64,000 nucleotides of DNA, taken from assembly GCA_027923505.1 (NCBI GenBank), contig BROI01000028.1, positions 1-64,000 of the forward strand. Direction: 5' to 3'. How positions within the stretch are numbered: position 1 is the first letter of the stretch; every line of letters starts with the position of its first letter. Shown piece after piece: positions 1 to 11,530 of the stretch. The position numbers and the translations under genes were made by a program. The notes below the pieces were generated by a model that made no database searches, was not told the DNA's origin, and was given only the letters and a program-made list of their open reading frames with translations. This DNA comes from Mayamaea pseudoterrestris. Lineage: Eukaryota.

Positions 1-1791
1 TGGAAAAGGATGGATGGAAGCGCTTGAGCGCATGGCAGGACGCACTAAACTGTTTAACCGCATGTGCAAGGCTGCAAAGAAGAACCTGTCCAAGAAGCGC
101 GTTTCAAGTTTGGCGTTCAGTTCCTAATACTTGGAAGGAAGCGAACCGCCTCGACGCTGCTAATGGAAACACCCTGTGGGCTGACGCCGTCAAGACTGAG
201 ATGGAGCAGCTACACGAGTACGACACTTTCATCGACAAGGGCATCGGTGCCTTCATGGAAAGTGATTGGAAGCGCATCAACGCGCATCTTGTTTTCGACT
301 GCAAGAACGATCTACGACGTAAGGCCCGACTCGTCGCCGGGGGACATTTGACCGCTCCGCCCAAGGACTCCGCCTACTCCGGCGTTGTATCTATGCGAAG
401 CATTCGAACCATAGCACTGTTAGCTGAACTGAACGACCTCAAGTTTTGGGCTGCCGATGTCGGTAACGCCTACCTCGAGGCCAAGACCAAGGAAAAGGTC
501 TACATTGTTGCCGGTCCCGAGTTTGGACCATTGGAAGGCCATACCTTGGTCATCTACAAGGCACTTTACGGATTGCGCACTTCTGGCGCGCGTTGGCATG
601 AGCACTTTGCCGACACACTCCGCGACATTGGATTCTACCCAAGCTACGCGGACCCTGACGTCTGGATGAAAGACTGTGGCACTCACTACGAGTACGTCGG
701 CGTGTTCGTCGACGATCTGGCTATGGCCATGAAAGATCCACAAGCCTTCACGGACCTCCTCAAGGAGAAGTACAAGTACAAGTTGAAGGGCGTCGGCGAC
801 ATCAAGTATCACCTTGGAGCCGACTTCTATCGTGATCCCGATGGAACCCTCTGCATGAGCGCGAAGACCTACGTCGGTCGCATGCTCAAGAACTACGAGA
901 CCATGTTTGGCGAGAAGCCACGCAAGCGCAAGTCACCGCTTGACGACGGGGACCACCCCGAACTTGACCTTACCGAAGAGCTGGATGCCCGTGGCATTCA
1001 ACAGTACCAGTCTCTTATTGGTGCCCTCCAGTGGGCAGTGACCCTATGTCGACTTGACATTCATTGTGCCGTAATGACACTTGGCCGATTCCGCTGCGCC
1101 CCGCGCCGCGGACACCTGGACCGAGCCAAGCGAGTCTGCGGTTACCTAGCTGAGTACCCTGATGCGGCGATTCGTTTCCGGACGAAGATCGTCGATCACG
1201 GGAACCTACCAAGTATGATTGGTTGCAACCGGCTCACGGCAACTCAAGCGAAGAGCTTCCGTGGAACATGCCGATCCCGAAGGGCAAGCCTGTGCAACTA
1301 ACTACCTTTATGGACGCGAACCTGTACCATGATTACACTACTGGACGTTCCGCAATGGGAGTCCTGCATTTCCTGAACCAGACGCCCGTCGAATGGTTCT
1401 GCAAGCGTCAGAATACTGTTGAGACTGCAACGTATGGATCCGAGTTCGTCGTCGCCAAGACCGCGACGGAACAGATTATGGATTTCCGATACTCCACATG
1501 TTGGGAGTTCCTTTGAGTGGACCAGCCTGGATGTTCGGCGACAACGAAAGTGTCAAGAAGTCGTCAACGATCCCGCACTCCACACTTTCTAAGCGACACA
1601 ATGCGCTCGCCTACCACCGAGTTCGCGAGGCCATTGCAAGCAATGTTCTGTACTTTGAGCACATCTTCGGCAAGCAGAACGTCGCCGACGTTCTTACCAA
1701 GTTCTTGCCGCATGCCACGTTCCGACCCCTGATCATTCCGATTCTTTTCTGGAAGGGTGATACGGCAAACCGATCGTTGTCACAAGCCTAG
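1..1791 (+). mobile_element. Ty1/copia LTR retrotransposon pol, 3' part (RT + RNase H), CoDi-like; runs off the window start and carries several frameshifts
   Basis: RT motifs RKARLVAGGH, ADVGNAYL, ALYGLRTSG, FVDD; RNase H motifs FMDAN, TATYGSEF, FGDN, NVADVLTK; pre-RT motif FKFGV..VP..EA..LD..NGNTLW. Frame changes near 120, 1200 and 1490-1500; stop TAG at 1789-1791. Confidence 0.97.
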
Positions 1792-1802
1792 ATCAAGGGG
1801 GA
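1792..1802 (+). other. Polypurine tract of the copia element
   Basis: ATCAAGGGGGA lies directly between the pol stop and the TG that starts the LTR. Confidence 0.85.
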
Positions 1803-2131
1803 TGACACAATATTATTGAGTTGAGTTGACCTGCGTCTCATGACAAGACGGTTAGCTACCTGTGTTTTGTATGCATTTAATCCTGTGCAGGGTTGAGTCA
1901 CACTTGTGACCGAATCCTCACATACATGAGTGAAATCGCTGACGATCGAGGCGTGAACCTCGACCGTGAACCCAGTGAGAACGAGAAAGAAGCGCACGAG
2001 TAGAGTAGCGAGTAACATGCACTATTCTAGCAATTGAGTTTGTTTGTTTGCTTTACGCTGGACGAAGAGGTTGATCGCTCCGAGTCCATTGTAGTCGCTG
2101 GAATAAAGGTTCGTCTGATATTATCGTGTCA
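1803..2131 (+). repeat. 3' LTR of the copia element (~329 bp)
   Basis: Starts TGACACAATATTAT after the PPT and ends ATATTATCGTGTCA (imperfect terminal inverted repeat, TG...CA); AATAAA at 2102-2107; satellite resumes immediately after. Confidence 0.88.
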
Positions 2132-5100
2132 CTCCAGGCAGTCCTTTTTGCACCATTTGAGACTATGCACCTGTCAATGGCATCCCCTGGACATGTTTTG
2201 CCTGACTCATTGGGTATTTGGGTGGCCAGGGCATGGGGCGTTTGACAGGGAAGAATCTGCAACTTGTGGTGTTGGCCATACCCACAGTGGAGGCCGTACC
2301 CATGTTTTCAGCCTCCAGGCAGTCCTTTTTGCACCATTTGAGACTCTGCACCTGTCAATGGCATACCCTGGACATGTTTTGCCTGACTCATTGGGTATTT
2401 GGGTGGCCAGGGCATGGGGCGTTGGCCACGAAACTTGGAGTGGCCTTGGTACCCACAGTGGAGGCCGTCCATGTTGTCAGCCTCCAGGCAGTCCTTTTTG
2501 CACCATTTGAGACTCTGCACCTGTCAATGGCATACCCTGGACATGTTTTTCCTGACTCATTGGGTATTTGGGTGGCCAGGGCATGGGGCGTTGACAGGGA
2601 AGAATCTGCAACTTGTGGTGTTGGCCATACCCACAGTGGAGGCCGTACCCATGGTGTCAGCCTCCAGGCAGTCCTTTTTGCACCATTTGAGACTATGCAC
2701 CTGTCAATGGCATACCCTGGACATGTTTTGCCTGACTCATTGGGTATTTGGGTGGCCAGGGCATGGGGCGTTTGACAGGAAAGAATCTGCAACTTGTGGT
2801 GTTGGCCATACAGTGGAGGCGTACCCATGTTTTCAGCCCCAGGCAGTCCTTTTGCACATTTGAGACTTGCACCTGTCAATGGCATACCCTGGACATGTTT
2901 TGCCTGACTCATTGGGTATTTGGGTGGCCAGGGCATGGGGCGTTTGACAGGTATGAATCGGTAACTGTGGGTGTTGGCCATACCCAAAATGGAGGCCGTA
3001 CCCATGTTGTCAGCCTCCAGGCAGTCCTTTTTGCACCATTTGAGACTATGCACCTGTCAATGGTTTCCTGGACATGTTTTGCCTGACTCATTGGGTATTT
3101 GGGTGGCCAGGGCATGGGGCGTTTGACAGGGAAGAATCTGCAACTTGTGGTGTTGGCCATACCCACAGTGGAGGCCGTACCCATGTTGTCAGCCTCCAGG
3201 CAGTCCTTTGCATTGCTGCCGACATGTTTTGCCTGACTCATTGGGTATTTGGGTGGCCAGGGCATGGGGCGTTTGACAGGGAAAGAATCTCACTTGTGGT
3301 GTTGGCCATACCAGGGATGTTTTCAGCCTCCAGGCAGTCCTTTTGCACCATTTGAGACTATGCACCTGTCAATGGCATACCCTGACATGTTTTGCCTCAT
3401 TGGGTATTTGGGTGGCCAGGGCATGGGGCGTTTGACAGGGAAAAATCTGCAACTTGTGGTGTTGGCCATACCCACAGTGGAGGCCATCAGCCTCCAGGCA
3501 GTCCTTTTTGCACCATTTGAGACTATGCACCTGTCAATGGCATACCTGGACATGTTTTGCCTGACTCATTGGGTATTTGGGTGGCCAGGGCATGGGGCGT
3601 TTGACAGGGAAGAATCTGCAACTTGTGGTGTTGGCCATACCCACAGTGGAGGCCGTACCCATGTTGTCAGCCTCCAGGCAGTCCTTTTGCACCATTTGAG
3701 ACTATGCACCTGTCAATGGCCTACCCTGGACATGTTTTGCCTGACTCATTGGGTATTTGGGTGGCCAGGGCATGGGGCGTTTGACAGGGAAGAATCTGCA
3801 ACTTGTGGTGTTGGCCATACCCACAGTGGAGGCCGTACCCATGGTGTCAGCCTCCAGGCAGTCCTTTTTGCACCATTTGAGACTATGCACCTGTCAATGG
3901 CATACCCTGGACATGTTTTGCCTGACTCATTGGGTATTTGGGTGGCCAGGGCATGCGTTTGAGAATCTGCAACTTGTGGTGTTGGCCCCACAGCCGCACC
4001 ATTTGTCAGCCACCAGGCAGTCCTTTTTGCACCATTTGAGACTTTGCACCTGTCAATGGCATACCCTGGACATGTTTTGCCTGACTCATTGGGTATTTGG
4101 GTGGCCAGGGCATGGGGCGTTTGACAGGGAAGAATCTGCAACTTGTGGTGTTGGCCATACCCATGTTGTCAGCCTCCAGGCAGTCCTTTTTGCACCATTT
4201 GAGACTATGCACCTGTCAATGGCATACCCTGGACATGTTTTGCCTGACTCATTGGGTATTTGGGTGGCCAGGGCATGGGGCGTTTGACAGGGAAGAATCT
4301 GCAACTTGTGGTGTTGGCCATACCCACAGTGGAGGCCGTACCCATGGTGTCAGCCTCCAGGCAGTCCTTTTTGCACCATTTGAGACTATGCACCTGTCAA
4401 TGGCATACCCTGGACATGTTTTGCCTGACTCATTGGGTATTTGGGTGGCCAGGGCATGGGGCGTTTGACAGGGAAGAATCTGCAACTTGTGGTGTTGGCC
4501 ATACCCACAGTGGAGGCCGTACCCATGTTTTCAGCCTCCAGGCAGTCCTTTTTGCACCATTTGAGACTCTGCACCTGTCAATGGCATCCCCTGGACATGT
4601 TTTGCCTGACTCATTGGGTATTTGGGTGGCCAGGGCATGGGGCGTTTGACAGGTAAGAATCTGCAACTTGTGGTGTTGGCCATACCCACAGTGGAGGCCG
4701 TACCCATGTTGTCAGCCTCCAGGCAGTCCTTTTGCACCATTTGAGACTATGCACCTGTCAATGGCATACCCTGGACATGTTTTGCCTGACTCATTGGGTA
4801 TTTGGGTGGCCAGGGCATGGGGCGTTTGACAGGGAAGAATCTGCAACTTGTGGTGTTGGCCATACCCACAGTGGAGGCCGTACCCATGTTGTCAGCCTCC
4901 AGGCAGTCTTTTTGCACCATTTGAGACTCTGCACCTGTCAATGGCATACCCTGGACATGTTTTGCCTGACTCATTGGGTATTTGGGTGGCCAGGGCATGG
5001 GGCGTTTGACAGGGAAGAATCTGCAACTTGTGGTGTTGGCCATACCCACAGTGGAGGCCGTACCCATGTTGTCAGCCTCCAGGCAGTCCTTTTTGCACCA

Positions 5101-7776
5101 TTTGAGACTCTGCACCTGTCAATGGCATACCCTGGACATGTTTTGCCTGACTCATTGGGTATTTGGGTGGCCAGGGCATGGGGCGTTTGACAGGGAAGAA
5201 TCTGCAACTTGTGGTGTTGGCCATACCCACAGTGGAGGCCGTACCCATGTTGTCAGCCTCCAGGCAGTCCTTTTTGCACCATTTGAGACTATGCACCTGT
5301 CAATGGCATACCCTGGACATGTTTTGCCTGACTCATTGGGTATTTGGGTGGCCAGGGCATGGGGCGTTTGACAGGGAAGAATCTGCAACTTGTGGTGTTG
5401 GCCATACCCACAGTGGAGGCCGTACCCATGGTGTCAGCCTCCAGGCAGTCCTTTTTGCACCATTTGAGACTATGCACCTGTCAATGGCATACCCTGGACA
5501 TGTTTTGCCTGACTCATTGGGTATTTGGGTGGCCAGGGCATGGGGCGTTTGACAGGGAAGAATCTGCAACTTGTGGTGTTGGCCATACCCACAGTGGAGG
5601 CCGTACCCATGGTGTCAGCCTCCAGGCAGTCCTTTTTGCACCATTTGAGACTCTGCACCTGTCAATGGCATACCCTGGACATGTTTTGCCTGACTCATTG
5701 GGTATTTGGGTGGCCAGGGCATGGGGCGTTTGACAGGGAAGAATCTGCAACTTGTGGTGTTGGCCATACCCACAGTGGAGGCCGTACCCATGGTGTCAGC
5801 CTCCAGGCAGTCCTTTTTGCACCATTTGAGACTATGCACCTGTCAATGGCATACCCTGGACATGTTTTGCCTGACTCATTGGGTATTTGGGTGGCCAGGG
5901 CATGGGGCGTTTGACAGGGAAGAATCTGCAACTTGTGGTGTTGGCCATACCCACAGTGGAGGCCGTACCCATGTTTTCAGCCTCCAGGCAGTCCTTTTTG
6001 CACCATTTGAGACTCTGCACCTGTCAATGGCATACCCTGGACATGTTTTGCCTGACTCATTGGGTATTTGGGTGGCCAGGGCATGGGGCGTTTGACAGGG
6101 AAGAATCTGCAACTTGTGGTGTTGGCCATACCCACAGTGGAGGCCGTACCCATGGTGTCAGCCTCCAGGCAGTCCTTTTTGCACCATTTGAGACTATGCA
6201 CCTGTCAATGGCATACCCTGGACATGTTTTGCCTGACTCATTGGGTATTTGGGTGGCCAGGGCATGGGGCGTTTGACAGGGAAGAATCTGCAACTTGTGG
6301 TGTTGGCCATACCCACAGTGGAGGCCGTACCCATGTTGTCAGCCTCCAGGCAGTCCTTTTTGCACCATTTGAGACTATGCACCTGTCAATGGCATACCCT
6401 GGACATGTTTTGCCTGACTCATTGGGTATTTGGGTGGCCAGGGCATGGGGCGTTTGACAGGGAAGAATCTGCAACTTGTGGTGTTGGCCATACCCACAGT
6501 GGAGGCCGTACCCATGTTGTCAGCCTCCAGGCAGTCCTTTTTGCACCATTTGAGACTCTGCACCTGTCAATGGCATACCCTGGACATGTTTTGCCTGACT
6601 CATTGGGTATTTGGGTGGCCAGGGCATGGGGCGTTTGACAGGGAAGAATCTGCAACTTGTGGTGTTGGCCATACCCACAGTGGAGGCCGTACCCATGTTG
6701 TCAGCCTCCAGGCAGTCCTTTTGCACCATTTGAGACTATGCACCTGTCAATGGCATACCCTGGACATGTTTTGCCTGACTCATTGGGTATTTGGGTGGCC
6801 AGGGCATGGGGCGTTTGACAGGGAAGAATCTGCAACTTGTGGTGTTGGCCATACCCACAGTGGAGGCCGTACCCATGTTGTCAGCCTCCAGGCAGTCCTT
6901 TTTGCACCATTTGAGACTATGCACCTGTCAATGGCATACCCTGACATGTTTTGCCTGACTCATTGGGTGGATTTGGGTGGAGGGCATGAGGCTCAAGAAT
7001 CTCACTTTGGTGTTGGCCATACCACAGTGGAGGCCGCACGTCATGTTGTCAGCCCCAGGCAGTTCTTTTTGCACCATTTGAGACTATGCACCTGTCAATG
7101 GCATACCCTGGACATGTTTTGGCCTGACTCATTGGGTATTTGGGTGGCCAGGGCAGGGGCGTTTGACAGGGTAAGAATCTGCAACTTGTGGTGTTGGCCA
7201 TACCCACAGTGGAGGCCGTACCCATGTTTTCAGCCTCCAGGCAGTCCTTTTTGCACCATTTGAGACTCTGCACCTGTCAATGGCATACCCTGGACATGTT
7301 TTGCCTGACTCATTGGGTATTTGGGTGGTCAGGGCATGGGGCGTTTGACAGGGAAGAATCTGCAACTTGTGGTGTTGGCCACCATGGAGGCCATGTTGGC
7401 CTCCAGGCAGTCCTTTTGCACCATTTGAGACATGCACCTGTCGCTGATTTGGTGGCGGGAGATGCTCGGAGGCCGCTGTCAGCCTCCAGGAAGTCCTTTT
7501 GCACCATTTGAGACTCTGCACCTGTCAATGGCATCCCCTGGACATGTTTTGCCTGACTCATTGGGTATTTGGGTGGCCAGGGCATGGGGCGTTTGACAGG
7601 GAAGAATCTGCAACTTGTGGTGTTGGCCATACCCACAGTGGAGGCCGTACCCATGTTGTCAGCCTCCAGGCAGTCCTTTTGCACCATTTGAGACTATGCA
7701 CCTGTCAATGGCATACCCTGGACATGTTTTGCCTGACTCATTGGGTATTTGGGTGGCCAGGGCATGGGGCGTTTGA
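2132..7776. repeat. Tandem satellite, 181-bp monomer, about 31 copies
   Basis: Near-identical unit (…GACTCATTGGGTATTTGGGTGGCCAGGGCATGGGGCGTTTGACAGGGAAGAATCTGCAAC…) recurs with a 181-bp offset (ORF echoes at 5163, 5344, 5525, 5706, 5887). Most homogeneous at ~4200-6950; indel-rich copies at ~2400-4150 and ~6950-7500. Confidence 0.98.
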
Positions 7777-8940
7777 CATTCAAACGCCCCTACAGCAAGC
7801 CCTGTAGGTGCCCAAAATACACCAGAATGGTGCCAACATCATTATTCAGGCTGCGCTGTAAGATGGTAGGCTTGGCTGGTGTCTCAGGGGATGGTAATGT
7901 ATTTGGTGACAACTTGTCACCAGTCTCAGCCCGCAGATGCCATGACATTCAAACGCCCATACAGCAAGCCCTGTAGGTGCCCAAAATACACCAAAATGGT
8001 GCCCAAATCATTATTCAGACTGCGCTACAAAATGGTAAGCTTGGCTGGTGTCTCAGCCTGGCAGTCCTTTGCACCATTTGAGACTCGCCCACGTGTCCAT
8101 GGCATAACCCCTGACATGTTTTGCCTGACCCAGTATGTGCCAGACACTTCAGGGTCAAGTGGAACTTGTGGTGTTGGCCATAACGTGGAGCTGCACCAGT
8201 GTCAGCCTCGCAGTCCTTGCACCATTCGAGACCCTACAGCAAGCCCTGTCAATGGCCAAAATACCCAGAATGGTGCCACTCATTATGGCTAGGCTGGTTC
8301 TCGTATTGGCATACAACTCACCAGTCTCAGCCCATGGTCACCTCCAGGCAGTCCTTTTTGCCCTTTAAATGCACCAGTAATGGCACCCACATTTTAGGCT
8401 GGCTCATGGTACTTTGGGTGGCCAGGCATGGGGCGTTGACAGGGCAATCAAACACCCCTTGTGGTGTTGGCCATACCCACAGTGGAGGCTGTACCCATGG
8501 TGTCAGCCTCCAGGAAGTCCTTTTTGCACCATTTGAGACTCTGCACCTGTCAATGGCATACCCTGGACATGTTTTGCCCGACTGTCAAACACCCCTTGTG
8601 GTGTTGGCCATACCCACAGTGGAGGCTGTACCCATGGTGTCAGCCTCCAGGAAGTCCTTTTTGCACCATTTGAGACTCTGCACCTGTCAATGGCATACCC
8701 TGGACATGTTTTGCCCGACTGATAGGGTATTTGGGTGGCCAGGGCATGGGGCGTTTGACATGTCAGAATCTACAACTTGTGGTGTTGGCCATACCCACTG
8801 TGGAGGCCGTACCCATGGTGTCAGCCTCCTGGCAGTCCTTTTTGCACCATTTGAGACTCTGCACCTGTCAATGGCATACCCTGGACATGTTTGGCCTGAC
8901 TCATTGGGTATTTGGTTCGCCAGGGCATGGGCATTGTAGT
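7774..8940. repeat. Diverged satellite zone: two 169-bp units resembling the inverted monomer, then degenerate forward monomers
   Basis: TGACATTCAAACGCCC.TACAGCAAGCCCTGTAGGTGCCCAAAATACACCA at 7774 and 7943; recognisable 181-type monomers again at ~8460-8930. Confidence 0.8.
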
Positions 8941-9475
8941 GGTATGATTCCATAATTTGGGGTGTTGGCCGCACCCATCCTGCAGACCATTCCATGGTGT
9001 AGGCATCCACGCGGACATTTTTGAACCGTTGTAGACCATCCTCATGTCAATGGCACATCCTGGACATGTTTTGCCTGACTCATTGGGATATTGGGTGGCC
9101 AGGGCACGGGGCATCCTAGTGGTATGAATCCATAAAATGGGGTGTTGGCCACACCATCCTGTAGACCATTTCATGGTGTACTGGTAGGCTTCCAGGCAGT
9201 CTATATTGCACCATTTGAGACCATCCTCATGTCAATGGCACACCCTGGACATGTTTTGCCTGACTCATTGGGTTGTTGGGTGGCCAGGGCACGGGGCATC
9301 CTAGTGGTATGATTCCATAAAATGGGGTGTTGGCCACACCATCCTGTAGACCATTTCATGGTGTACAGGTAGGATTCCAGGCAGTCCGTTTTGCACCATT
9401 TGAGACCATCCTCATGTCAATGGCACACCCTGGCAATGTTTGCCTGACTCATTGGGTTGTTGAGTGGCCATGGCA
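8935..9475. repeat. Variant satellite, ~185-bp unit, 3 copies, related to the 181-bp monomer
   Basis: TAGTGGTATGA.TCCATAA..TGGGGTGTTGGCC repeats at ~8937, ~9117, ~9302; shares GGACATGTTTTGCCTGACTCATTGGG with the main monomer. Confidence 0.85.
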
Positions 9476-10835
9476 TGGAGCATCCAATGAGCACCTGCAT
9501 GGCCAACCCTTGTCCTGTGTGTGCATTCGATGTGGCGAAACCCCGCCATGGCATTCAAGTAGCTCAGTGACGGCGAGAAGGAAAATCCTTCTGAGCGCCA
9601 GTTGAAGGGCCATCTGCCTAGAAGGCGCCACTGGTGCACCAATGGAGCATCCTATGAGCAGTTGCATGGCCAAACCCTTGTCCCGTATGTTCATTTGGTG
9701 TGGTGAAACCCCTCAATGGCATCCAAGTAGGTCAGTGACGGCGAGAAGGAAAATCCTTGTAAGCACCACTTCAAGGGACATCTGCCTAAAAGGCACCAAT
9801 GGAGCATCCAATAAACACCAGCATGGCCAAGCCCTTGTCCCGTATGTTCATTTGGTGTGGTGAAACCCCACCATGGCATTCAAGTAGCTCAGTGACGGCA
9901 AGAAGGAAAATCCTTCTGAGCGCCAGTTGAAGGGCCATCTGTCTATAAGGCGCCACTGCTGCAACAATGGAGCATCCTATGAGCAGTTGCATGGCCAAAC
10001 CCTTGTCCCGTATGTTCATTTGGTGTGGTGAAACCCTGCCATGACATCCAAGTAGCTCAGTGATGGCAAGAAGGAAAAAACCTTCTGAGCTCCAGTTGAA
10101 GGGCCATCTGCCTAGAAATCGCCACGGGTGCACCAATGGAGCATCCTATTAGCAATGGAGCATCCAATGAGCACCTGCATGGCCAACCCTTGTCCTGTGT
10201 GTGCATTCGATGTGGCGAAACCCCGCCATGGCATTCAAGTAGCTCAGTGACGGCGAGAAGGAAAATCCTTCTGAGCGCCAGTTGAAGGGCCATCTGCCTA
10301 GAAGGCGCCACTGGTGCACCAATGGAGCATCCTATGAGCAGTTGCATGGCCAAACCCTTGTCCCGTATGTTCATTTGGTGTGGTGAAACCCCTCAATGGC
10401 ATCCAAGTAGGTCAGTGACGGCGAGAAGGAAAATCCTTGTAAGCACCACTTCAAGGGACATCTGCCTAAAAGGCACCAATGGAGCATCCAATAAACACCA
10501 GCATGGCCAAGCCCTTGTCCCGTATGTTCATTTGGTGTGGTGAAACCCCACCATGGCATTCAAGTAGCTCAGTGACGGCAAGAAGGAAAATCCTTCTGAG
10601 CGCCAGTTGAAGGGCCATCTGTCTATAAGGCGCCACTGCTGCAACAATGGAGCATCCTATGAGCAGTTGCATGGCCAAACCCTTGTCCCGTATGTTCATT
10701 TGGTGTGGTGAAACCCTGCCATGACATCCAAGTAGCTCAGTGATGGCAAGAAGGAAAAAACCTTCTGAGCTCCAGTTGAAGGGCCATCTGCCTAGAAATC
10801 GCCACGGGTGCACCAATGGAGCATCCTATTAGCAC
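9475..10835. repeat. Second satellite family, ~157-169-bp monomers arranged as two copies of a 680-bp higher-order repeat
   Basis: ATGGAGCATCC anchors at 9475, 9642, 9799, 9967, 10136, then 10155, 10322, 10479, 10647, 10816; identical ORF echoes exactly 680 bp apart. Confidence 0.93.
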
Positions 10836-10984
10836 CTGTTCTGGCTTGATTTGGGCAAACACATGGCTCTAGGCCTGGTGTTTGAAAGGCATGGCAGCCG
10901 CTGGCTGAGACTGGTGACACAGGAACCAGCTCCATGGTGCTACAGCGCATGGCATTCAAACCTTACCCCAATTGCAGTCTTACA

Positions 10985-11530
10985 TTTTTTGGAGCATTAT
11001 CCAGAGCTTGGCCAGAGCCTGGTGCATGAAATCCATTATATGGTATGTAGAACAGACACAAACATATATGTTATGGATTTGTGGCAAGAATGGATCATTC
11101 CATGTGCTTGTGGATGCCAGACCAAGTGGCATATAGCAGGAACAATGGCTAGACCCATCATTTTATGGTTCATAAACAATGAAATGGAGACTATACCACC
11201 CTTGGCACCCTTCCACTACCATGGCAGGACAGCATTGGCCTGTTTGACTGATCAATAATGCACTGAAGCCTCCTTTGTCAAGTGGTGAAAGCCTGGTTGG
11301 TGTTTGGCAGTCAGCTGGTGTGGTTGTTTCCACACTGTTTCTGGAGCATTGCCACGCATTGGCCAGAGCCTGGAGCATGAAATCCATTATATGGTATGTA
11401 GAACAGTCACTAACGTATATATTATGTTTTTGTGCACAAACATGGATTATTCCATGTGCCTTTGGGTGCCAGAGCAAGTGGATATGTTCAATTGGCTTGT
11501 GTGAAACCCCTCCATGACATCTAAGTAGCG
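10985..11530. repeat. Degenerate ~350-bp duplication at the outer edge of the satellite block
   Basis: TTGGCCAGAGCCTGG.GCATGAAATCCATTATATGGTATGTAGAACAG near 11008 and 11360; a fragment of the ~168-bp monomer (GTGAAACCCCTCCATGACATCTAAGTAGC) at ~11500. Confidence 0.75.

Noticed and set aside
2132..7776. Hammerhead-ribozyme satellite or retrozyme
   Set aside because: No CUGANGA...GAAA core on either strand of the monomer (only CTGACTCA).
2034..10816. Dozens of ORFs in the satellite region
   Set aside because: They are six-frame echoes of tandem monomers; 181 is not a multiple of 3 and no protein motifs are present.
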